DNA from: Candidatus Scalindua sp.
Lineage (GTDB): Bacteria > Planctomycetota > Brocadiia > Brocadiales > Scalinduaceae
Direction of reading: 5' to 3'
DNA: 32,000 bases
Assembly (NCBI GenBank): GCA_031316235.1
Contig: JALDRA010000001.1
Coordinates: forward strand, 3,930,001-3,962,000
A program made the translations under genes and the position numbers. Positions within the stretch are counted from its first letter, which is position 1. The number at the start of each line of letters is the position of its first letter. Shown piece by piece: positions 19,601-25,467 of this stretch. The notes under the pieces were generated by a model. It did not search any database. It was given only the letters and a program-made list of their open reading frames with translations, and was not told where the DNA came from.

Positions 19601-21648
19601 ATGGGAATTCCGGTTACCTGTTGCGTTGTTCTTTTCAGTGTTGACGCGCCATATATGTCTCCATATGGTGGAGTATTTACTGATGTAAAGCTTGTACCTG
19701 CTCCCAGCCAATATACGCTAACTCCGGTACCAGTGCTCCATTGAAAGGTAACTGTTGATGTCGTTAAGGTTGAACCGGGTACTGGACTTGTCATCACAGG
19801 CGTACCTCCCGGGTTGACAGTTATCGTTACCGTTGACACGTTAGAGCTTGTTCCGCAGGCATCCGCAACCGTATAGGTAAAGCTATCCTGACCTGAAAAT
19901 CCTGTGACAGGTGTATAATCGACGGTCCCATCGGCCCTGGACACTGCCGTACCATTGCCGGGTACATCTGCAACCGTTACCGTGGCAGGGTTAATCGTAC
20001 CATCTATATCGTAATCATTGGCAATCACATTAATAGTAACAAGGGTGCCTTTCTGTGTCGCTGCGGAATCTACAATGGCTGCTGGAGGCGTGTTGGGCGG
20101 TGCATTCATAATGACGCTATTCATCACATCAAAAATATTTGTATTATCAAGATAGGCACCGCGGTATGTGTCAGTTTCCGTTGCATAGGTCGCAAACAGT
20201 CCTGCGCCAACACCACGTACAAAAAGTGGCACCAGACTGTTTGAATGATCACCCCTATTCCATACCCAGTATACTGTTTCTCCTGTATCAATACTGTTGT
20301 TACTATTGGAGTCTTTCCAGCTTGCACGGAGTCCCCCTGTGCCGGCAACAATCTTTTCCAATGCAAGTGTGGTGTCGCTGATATCAGGAAATCGGCCGAG
20401 AGGGTCATTCTGATCGTAACGCGGATCTGAAGTGTCCGTTATAAAATTACGGCTGGGAGTGAGATAGCCGGTTTCATGGTCGCTTGTGACAATAACCAGT
20501 GTGTTGTTCCAGCTGCTATCATTCGTTTCATCTTCCACCCAGTCAATGACAGCCTGTACCGCTGCATCAAAATCTCTCTTTTCTCCTATCATATCATCCA
20601 TCATATTAGCATGTGCTGCCCAATCAACAGCCCCTCCCTCAATCATAAGAACAAAACCGTTTGAATTACGACCCAGGACGGTCAAGGCAGCATTGGTGCT
20701 ATCTACAAGTGTCGGATTTTCGAGGTTCGGGTTGGTTGTAACGGTTCCGGCAAAGCCGGAATCGTCGGCAGTGTGATAGATATGATCAAACAACCCTGCC
20801 AGTCTGGTTACTCCGGGATTATTGGCTGCGGCTGACAAGGCATCGCCGCCATCTACTCCCGTTGTACGCTCCACGAGGGTATAACTGTTATCATTTATCA
20901 GCTTATCCCTGATAGCAGAATTAACGTATCCACTTCTTCTGTCTCCGATGAGAACATCAACCGTTGGAAGTGTTGACCCATGCCCGCCCACATACAACGG
21001 GTCCAGAGGTGGCGTACAGGTAGTACAGGTAGAATTCGGGTTTCCGAAAAGTCCTTCATCCGCAATAGCATAGCCATTACCACGATCGTTATTGTGAGAT
21101 GTCCAGGCACCGGGTGTTGCGTGTGAAACAGGCACAGTGGTAATAGCGCCAACTGCCATATTCAATGTTTTTGCTATCTCTCCAATACTCAATAAACGGT
21201 CAGCATCATCCGCTGTGACACTGATATTCTTTTTTGCTGTCTTTGTACCAGAGTAAAGCGCGCTTGCTGCCGCAGCACTGTCAGTTATATTCTTGGCACT
21301 GTCTGATATCACGTAACTGAAACTGTTCCAGCAGCTTGTTGTGTTATAACTACCTCCGGAATGGAAAGTTGAGACAAAGTAATTCAGCCATTCAGGAGCA
21401 GACTGGTAATAGGGGGTAACACCCGTATATTTATTCGTGGCTTCATTATGTTTTATCCCGTTTCCGTCTGCAATCATCAAAATGATATACTTGGCACTGG
21501 ATGAACATTGACCATATACGTTCTTATGCAATATAAAGGGGACAAAAAACATAAGAAAGAAAATCAGGAATAGATGTGAGGGGAAAGACAAAAGGTTTCT
21601 CTTCTGTTTTGTCTCTTTGTTAATGTCAACCAGGCTATGATTCGTCAT
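16636..21648 (-). CDS. Giant signal-anchored surface protein: alkaline phosphatase domain + cadherin-like/VCBS-type Ig repeats + FQW-YWLGVGTS domains + BNR/sialidase-like beta-propeller
   Basis: 1670 aa with an N-terminal anchor (LFLIFFLMFFVPFIL). PhoA-family motifs: MIADGNG, TDSAAAASALYSGTKT (D-S nucleophile), EGGAVDWAAHAN and TSDHETGY. Five ~95-aa modules follow (VNINVTANDTDSDGTI...DGTVDYTPATGFTGQDSFTYTV), interleaved with three FQW domains. The C-terminal ~365 aa carry Asp-box-like STNGGTTWS. Confidence 0.88.
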   Translation of the reverse strand: MTNHSLVDINKETKQKRNLLSFPSHLFLIFFLMFFVPFILHKNVYGQCSSSAKYIILMIADGNGIKHNEATNKYTGVTPYYQSAPEWLNYFVSTFHSGGSYNTTSCWNSFSYVISDSAKNITDSAAAASALYSGTKTAKKNISVTADDADRLLSIGEIAKTLNMAVGAITTVPVSHATPGAWTSHNNDRGNGYAIADEGLFGNPNSTCTTCTPPLDPLYVGGHGSTLPTVDVLIGDRRSGYVNSAIRDKLINDNSYTLVERTTGVDGGDALSAAANNPGVTRLAGLFDHIYHTADDSGFAGTVTTNPNLENPTLVDSTNAALTVLGRNSNGFVLMIEGGAVDWAAHANMMDDMIGEKRDFDAAVQAVIDWVEDETNDSSWNNTLVIVTSDHETGYLTPSRNFITDTSDPRYDQNDPLGRFPDISDTTLALEKIVAGTGGLRASWKDSNSNNSIDTGETVYWVWNRGDHSNSLVPLFVRGVGAGLFATYATETDTYRGAYLDNTNIFDVMNSVIMNAPPNTPPAAIVDSAATQKGTLVTINVIANDYDIDGTINPATVTVADVPGNGTAVSRADGTVDYTPVTGFSGQDSFTYTVADACGTSSNVSTVTITVNPGGTPVMTSPVPGSTLTTSTVTFQWSTGTGVSVYWLGAGTSFTSVNTPPYGDIYGASTLKRTTQQVTGIPINGNPVYVRLWWKIGTGAWTYSDYTYQTQGGGNQAPVANNDTAATTVDTLVNINVTANDTDSDGTIYPATVAVISAPANGAAALKADGTVDYTPATGFTGQDSFTYTVNDNLGATSNVATVTVTVNPGGTPAMTSPAPGSTLTVSTVPFQWSTGAGVTSYWLGVGTSFTSVSTPPWGDIFGATTGTNTTQQVTGIPINGNTVYVRLWWKIGTEVWTFTDYTYQTQGGGNQAPVANNDTATTTVDTLVNINVTANDTDSDGTIDPATVAIISAPANGTAALKADGTVDYTPATGFTGQDSFTYTVNDNLGTTSNVATVTVTVNAGNLSPVANNDTAATTVDTLVNINVTANDTDSDGTINPATVAVISAPANGTAALKADGTVDYTPATGFTGQDSFTYTVNDNLGATSNVATVTVTVNPGGTPAMTSPAPGSTLTVSTVPFQWSAGAGVTSYWLGVGTSFTSVSTPPWGDIFGATTGTNTTQQVTGIPINGNTVYVRLWWKIGTEAWTFTDYTYQTQGGGNQAPVANNDTAATTVDTLVNINVTANDTDSDGTIDPATVAVISAPANGTAALKADGTVDYTPATGFTGQDSFTYTVNDNLGATSNVATVTVTVNTGTSGIMQVGSIQVSNNVAFQAVATTTALYFVYNQDNKLYLSKSTNGGTTWSSPQLASHLNTNKKFSLAVDSANKLHLVYSTSNGSASWYRSNSSGTWSTPVLVNDTANFQDTGPAVAVDGNDNVHVIVWSYPTDWQNTDWKAESRILYRRKIAGQANFEAPVSWKAGFGSLGAGNGTIEISSQGDAHFLYVSYASSNSNNAIERRIRSKDGTWNPAQDIFPNVYVGDFAMSGAIGSDSALHLAIFEAAPTPKGVGYFKSTQPNVLQKVWQLYEYWEANTDILVAPNGDVWMTSANHPFGNMQDPEEYLASYWYYNKSANTWTSRMHVSNATYTNVDQTHFGQPKLLLYNGNVVMFYAEKAPGSNFKFYQRTFN
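17761..19490 (-). repeat. 2 x 876-bp in-frame tandem segmental duplication inside the giant gene (roughly 98% identical by eye)
   Basis: The marker CCGCCTCCCTGAGTCTGATACG occurs at 18044 and 18920 (offset 876 = 292 codons). ATTGAC(A/C)GTAAC occurs at 17761 and 18637. I counted about 11 differences in ~580 aligned bases. Older, more diverged copies extend to ~20090. Confidence 0.9.
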
Positions 21649-21704
21649 GAGTTTGTGTCCTTTTAATAAATGAAGGAATGAAGGTTATAGTTGTATGCGG
21701 GATG

Positions 21705-22493
21705 TTATTGCGCACCTTTAATTTCATAGATCTGTAATTGTGGATTGCAATAGAAATCATTACTGTTGATATCATCATTTAAGACCTCGATACTCAGAAC
21801 GTTTCTCCCCTTATGCATCTCTTCTTCCCAGGCGCTGATATCGAAACTCTCAACAAGTTTAGCTGAGTTTTCAATAATTTTAATCCCGTTAAGAAAAACA
21901 CGGAACGCAGAATCAGTATTCAACTTTAAAAAGATTTTCTCTATTTTATTAACATCATTGACAGCAAAATCACGTCGCACAAATAATTTCTTATAGTTGC
22001 CTTGCATGGCAGCGAGATCAGTCTTGATATTAGGATTTTCTCCGATCTTACTATATCCAAAACCGCTTTTCCCTCTTTTCCACTTACTATCATCAAAATC
22101 AATACGGTTCCAGTTGTCCGGAGGATTTTTTACACCTTCGAAGTACCTCCATTCGGTTGTAAAACCAACATCTATCACCTTTTTGCCAATGGCAAGTGTC
22201 GGAAATTCAATTCCAGGATTGATACGGTTTTTTTTAACATCGATAATTGCTAACGGTAAAGTAACAACTGGAGGATTTATAATAGTCGGAGCATCTAAGT
22301 TGACACTATCTGGTGATGATTGTTCACTCTTTAATGGTTCCGCTTGTATACTGTGTAAAGATATTCCCAAGGCACAGAGTATCAGGATAAACGTAAGGAA
22401 AAAGCTAAAATTAACTTGAAAGGGACCATTTGAACCTGTGAGGCTTCTCAATCTATTTGTTGGATTAACAACATTCATTTTTATCGACTCCAA
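21705..22493 (-). CDS. Signal-anchored protein with C-terminal galactose-binding-like (jelly-roll) domain
   Basis: 262 aa (TTG start; an alternative ATG lies at 22478). TM is FSFFLTFILILCALGISL. EWRYFEGVKNPPDNWNRIDFDDSKWKRGKSGFGYS...LFVRRDFAV...LKLNTDSAFRVFLNGIKI resembles the W.Y....P..W....FDDS.W..G...FGY module seen on many surface proteins. It ends 56 nt upstream of the giant gene, so co-transcription is likely. Confidence 0.6.
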   Translation of the reverse strand: MESIKMNVVNPTNRLRSLTGSNGPFQVNFSFFLTFILILCALGISLHSIQAEPLKSEQSSPDSVNLDAPTIINPPVVTLPLAIIDVKKNRINPGIEFPTLAIGKKVIDVGFTTEWRYFEGVKNPPDNWNRIDFDDSKWKRGKSGFGYSKIGENPNIKTDLAAMQGNYKKLFVRRDFAVNDVNKIEKIFLKLNTDSAFRVFLNGIKIIENSAKLVESFDISAWEEEMHKGRNVLSIEVLNDDINSNDFYCNPQLQIYEIKGAQ

Positions 22494-22960
22494 AAAAGTA
22501 GCGTAAAGACATTAATAGACACTGAATTAACTATGGAGCAAGAGATTTATACGGCCTTTCACTCTCATGGGAAAAAATGTTACCAAAAACAGTAGCGCAA
22601 GCTAGATGCCGAAAATAAGCAAAGACCCTATCTCACCAATATCAAGAAACTTAAGAATTCTCTTTATACTTCATACACACCTTATAAAGAACTTCCTTGC
22701 AGGAAATATTCTACAATAGTATACATGCCAGAAGCCTGATCTTTTCTACAGGTGCCTCTAACCACACTTTTCAAACCTGTAAGATATTTCATACATTCAT
22801 TAACAAGTGTTTGAACGAAAGCTACCCATCTACTGCGTTGCTGCAATAATGACGTAATCCTCACGTACTTGAGTACGATCCGGTTACAGAGTTATTTCGC
22901 GCCTTGTACCTTGGCAGTTAATAGTTCACGCACGAATTACTTACTATTCCACAGCTATGC

Positions 22961-23015
22961 AAAAAAAAAACCTTACTGCTGAAGATATTTCTATAAATCC
23001 CCCTCGGCAGTAAGG
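22961..23015 (-). terminator. Intrinsic terminator (expression platform of riboswitch 2)
   Basis: Minus-strand RNA CCUUACUGC (23015-23007) pairs with GCAGUAAGG (22979-22971), followed by U10 (22970-22961). The 5' arm overlaps the 3' strands of the aptamer helices. Confidence 0.65.
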
Positions 23016-23100
23016 CTCTCGTCTCATGCAGTTTCCTTCGACCCTTTGCTTTGCGCCACCTTATCTCTAAGGTGCTGCCGTACTTATAGATATATACTTC
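23005..23100 (-). promoter_or_regulatory. c-di-GMP-I-like (GEMM-I) riboswitch aptamer, second and more divergent copy
   Basis: Minus strand: GAAGUAUAUAUCUAUAAGUACGGCAGCACCUUAGAGAUAAGGUGGCGCAAAGCAAAGGGUCGAAGGAAACUGCAUGAGACGAGAGCCUUACUGCCG. GGCA, then a 7-bp stem CACCUUA/UAAGGUG with GNRA loop GAGA, then GCGCAAAGC is collinear with copy 1. P1 is CGGCAG/CUGCCG and the P3 candidate is AGGGUC/GAC(GAGAG)CCU. Confidence 0.55.
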
Positions 23101-23111
23101 AGCTCTATAGC

Positions 23112-23140
23112 ATTATAGACTGGTTTTGAAAAAAAATAAA
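23112..23140 (-). promoter_or_regulatory. Candidate promoter for the riboswitch-2 transcript
   Basis: Perfect TATAAT (complement of 23112-23117) with an AT-rich, weak -35 (TTTATT) 17 nt upstream. The predicted start at ~23105 falls right at the 5' end of the outer helix. Confidence 0.4.
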
Positions 23141-23476
23141 GTAACTTACTTTCTACTAAATCAAGAGTGTCTTGTCAAGCAAATAATGGTATTTAGTCAA
23201 TGCAAAATAGAAATGAGAGGTTTTGCCAAACCCATCCACCTCAAAAGCTATTACTATACATACGTCGCTTCTTGGAGACTCAAACAATATGGTACTTGCA
23301 GTCCAATACGGTATGTGATAAACTTTTTTTGATCTCTGTCTCCTTCTGTTTTATCGTACAAATTTTCAAGCATTCCACAATGCAATATACAGGAGGAGGT
23401 TATCTTTATAAATACGTAAGCATAGCATTTGCCGTTCTCCCCGGCAACGCCGGGGGGGAGTAACTTGGGAATTATT

Positions 23477-23530
23477 TGATATAATGCCCAGCTCTGCCTG
23501 GGTCAGGCTTACGGTTTCTCTGTAAGCCTG
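23477..23530 (+). promoter_or_regulatory. Extended -10 promoter candidate followed by two leader hairpins
   Basis: TGATATAAT (23477-23485). Hairpins follow: CCCAG/CTGGG (23487-23502) and CAGGCTTAC-9 nt-GTAAGCCTG (23504-23530). The region lies ~210 nt upstream of the VOC gene. Confidence 0.3.
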
Positions 23531-23700
23531 CTGTTCCAGTACGTTTCAAATTCTTCTCAACACTGTTTGATTGACAGAATCCTGCCAAGAGATGACTCGA
23601 TTTTGTAAAGTATGAAAATTTTATTGGGAAACTTTTGCTTCTGAGGCAATGTGTGGTTAATTCGGGAATATTGCGTCAATTTGAGAGGAATCATTAGAAT

Positions 23701-24063
23701 ATGGGACTTACTCTTCATATAAGAAATACAAATACAATTCTCTATTGTGAGAATTGGCAGCGGACCATGGAATTTTATCGTGATAAATTAAAACTACCCA
23801 TTAGCTATGAATCAGACTGGTTTGTTGAATTTAAGTTGACGGATACTGCTCATGTGAGTATTGCAAACGAGAGCAGGGCGACAATTAAGAGTGGCAAAGG
23901 TGCAGGTATAACGCTTACGTTCCAGGTTGAAGATATCAATAAAACATGGCAATACATGCATGACAACGGCATTTTCCCGGACCCAATCAGGGACAAATGG
24001 GGATCGTCGGTCTTTTATTTCCGTGATCCGGAGGGGCATCGAATAGAGGTCTGGTCTAAATAA
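23701..24063 (+). CDS. VOC-family protein (glyoxalase / bleomycin-resistance / dioxygenase fold)
   Basis: 120 aa. The N-terminal beta-alpha-beta3 pattern is present, and the C-terminal FYFRDPEGHRIEVWS is typical of the family. Confidence 0.85.
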   Translation: MGLTLHIRNTNTILYCENWQRTMEFYRDKLKLPISYESDWFVEFKLTDTAHVSIANESRATIKSGKGAGITLTFQVEDINKTWQYMHDNGIFPDPIRDKWGSSVFYFRDPEGHRIEVWSK

Positions 24064-24071
24064 ACGAGACC

Positions 24072-24112
24072 AAAGAGAGAGCGAAGAGCCGGGATCTACC
24101 CTCCTCTCTCTT
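24072..24112. terminator. Possible bidirectional hairpin between convergent genes
   Basis: AAGAGAGAG (24073-24081) pairs with CTCTCTCTT (24104-24112) across a 22-nt loop. There is no clean T-tract, so this is weak. Confidence 0.25.
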
Positions 24113-24166
24113 AGCATATTTAACAGATATCATAAAGAGGACGTCTCCTGAACAGTATTCTGGTTT

Positions 24167-24634
24167 TCAGACCGCACCCTTCCCGCCGTTTTCTTCTTCT
24201 CCGCCATCAGCACTCTCATCCTCTCCTGTTTCTCTATTTTTTCGTTTCATCTTTCGAACTTCTTTCTCTTTTTGTCGTGCAATTTTCTTAGATTCTCGTT
24301 CTGCTTTCCGGGCCTGTTTTTCATTCTTCCGAATCTCCCTGGCTGCTCTACCCTCAGCTTTACGAGCTTCTTTCTCCTTTTTTCGTTCAGCCTTCCCGAT
24401 TTCACGTTCGCCTTTGCGGGCTTCCCTTTCACTTTCTCGTGTATACTTTTTTTCCTCACGGGATTCCTCACGTAATTCCTTTCTGTATCCTCTTTCATCT
24501 TCTCGCTCAGCTTTATGTTTTTCTACCCATTCTGGTTTGCCGGCCCATTCAGGCTTCCCTGCAATTGCATAGTTTGCAGTGGGTAAAATAGCAAAGAAAC
24601 AAATTATCATCATCACGCCTATTTTTACTTTCAT
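24167..24634 (-). CDS. Secreted, hyper-charged K/E/R-rich low-complexity protein
   Basis: 155 aa with a convincing signal peptide (MKVKIGVMMIICFFAILPTANYAIAG) and a GKPEWAGKPEW duplication. About 110 aa of E/R/K repeats follow (EREARKGEREIGKAERKKEKEARKAEGRAAREIRKNEKQARKAERESKK), then an acidic G/E tail. Confidence 0.55.
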   Translation of the reverse strand: MKVKIGVMMIICFFAILPTANYAIAGKPEWAGKPEWVEKHKAEREDERGYRKELREESREEKKYTRESEREARKGEREIGKAERKKEKEARKAEGRAAREIRKNEKQARKAERESKKIARQKEKEVRKMKRKNRETGEDESADGGEEENGGKGAV

Positions 24635-24752
24635 TACCTTGTAAACTCCAAATAATCGTTGTTTTGAAAATAGAATCTTAACACAATTTATATCATGTAA
24701 TTCTCGGTACTATTTGAGAAAAGTTTGGGTGAATTTGTCAGGGGCAAGTTCA

Positions 24753-25031
24753 CTAACGTACCCTCCGCACACCTGTCGTTGTGTTAGATGGCCGGTTGCT
24801 CTCAGTGATTACAGGCACTCGTAATAGATCAAGCTTTGGATTGGGACAGGCCCCGCTCTCCTTCGTGACGACCCAAGCAGTAAATCACCGGGTCAGGTAG
24901 GAGCCCTTGCCATTTTTAAACGGCATCGGTGGCTCCAGAGGCGTCGTATGGATTTCTGACTTACAGGCAAAGGTGGATGTATCGTGCCCCTTACATTTAT
25001 CCAGATCGATTAACCAACCTGATTGTAACAT
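24753..25031 (-). pseudogene. Decayed relic of an NrfC/DmsB/ActB-type 4Fe-4S ferredoxin-domain gene (N-terminal ~90 codons)
   Basis: A 93-codon frame with one in-frame TGA (24885-24887): MLQSGWLIDLDKCKGHDTSTFACKSEIHTTPLE...FTAWVVTKESGACPNPKLDLLRVPVITE. It is collinear with W.MVIDL.KCIGC..C..ACK.EN and C.NP.C...CP, but most cluster cysteines are replaced. It coincides with a locally GC-rich patch. Confidence 0.35.
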
Positions 25032-25291
25032 TTTTGTCTCTTCCTGATTTGTGAAACCAGAAAACAGTACTCTTTAAAATGATATTTCTTCGAATGGTAT
25101 ATTCTTCAGCAGTTTAAGGTACTATATGAGCATTTATTTCTTTACAATTCTGAGTGAAAATAGTAGATTACGTACTTTATTCTGTAAGAAGATTGATTGA
25201 CCAATCACATTACAGAAATGCACCCACCTTTATGATGTCTGATTAGTTATCATTCATACTGGTAAAAAACAATTTACTCAATTCAATAAGT

Positions 25292-25460
25292 GTATAGATT
25301 AAAACCGATTTGATTTTAGATTTTTCTAAAAACCAGAGCCCGGTTAATGGTATCCCCGGACCAGGCGCCGAGGACTTTCCCCGGACAAAAAACGCCGAGG
25401 ACTTGTACTCGCTCCTTTTTTCTCGGATTTTGTCCGAAAACAGTTGTAAGATGAGTATAC
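25292..25460 (+). repeat. Copy 3 of the structured repeat, carrying a ~55-nt GC-rich insertion
   Basis: GTATAGATTAAAACCGATTTGATTTTAGATTTTTCTAAAAACCAGAGCCCGG...[insert]...ACTTGTACTCGCTCCTTTTTTCTCGGATTTTGTCCGAAAACAGTTGTAAGATGAGTATAC. It ends 7 nt before ATG 25468. Confidence 0.75.
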
Positions 25461-25467
25461 ACAAAGA

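Noticed and set aside
17761-20090. Near-identical repeats considered as a CRISPR array or as a DGR template/variable-repeat pair
   Set aside because: The repeats are in-frame coding modules hundreds of bp long with no spacers. Differences between copies are mixed transitions rather than adenine-specific. No reverse transcriptase or cas gene is present in the window.
16797-21152. Numerous 60-96-aa ORFs on both strands inside the 1670-aa gene
   Set aside because: They are nested in, or antisense to, a long ORF with clear domain content. They are an expected by-product of repeats with biased composition.
22682-22864. 60-aa GTG-initiated ORF in the spacer between the riboswitch-2 terminator and the 262-aa gene
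   Set aside because: It has no RBS, no recognisable motif and a non-ATG start. It cannot be supported from sequence alone, although a riboswitch-controlled small protein cannot be excluded.
24247-24498. 83-aa (minus) and 67-aa (plus, 24272-24475) ORFs overlapping the charged-protein gene
   Set aside because: They are frame-shifted or antisense readings of the same purine-rich low-complexity repeats. Only the 155-aa frame has a signal peptide.
24790-24840. TPP-riboswitch-like CUGAGA with a downstream GCGGAGGGUA on the minus strand
   Set aside because: It lacks the P3 hairpin before CUGAGA and the ACCUGAUCUGGAUAAUGCCAGCG pyrophosphate-sensor helix. No thiamine-related gene lies downstream.
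24880-24960. GGGUCAGGU plus the GGAGCC...GGCUCC hairpin resembled an SRP (4.5S) RNA fragment
   Set aside because: It has no GGAA tetraloop and no AGCA/GGAAGCAGCC symmetric-loop motifs. The region reads as decayed coding sequence.
25354-25404. The minus strand reads GGGGAAAGUCCUCGGC, reminiscent of the RNase P RNA GAGGAAAGUCCGGGC box
   Set aside because: It is an isolated short match inside the tandem-duplicated insertion of repeat copy 3. None of the other RNase P conserved regions, nor the required length, is present.
24635-25467. A cobalamin riboswitch was expected upstream of a MutL/GlmL-type gene
   Set aside because: I found no B12-box-like (AGYCMGGAGACCKGCC) or GCCACUG element on either strand. 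The GC-rich patch is better explained by the ferredoxin-like relic.
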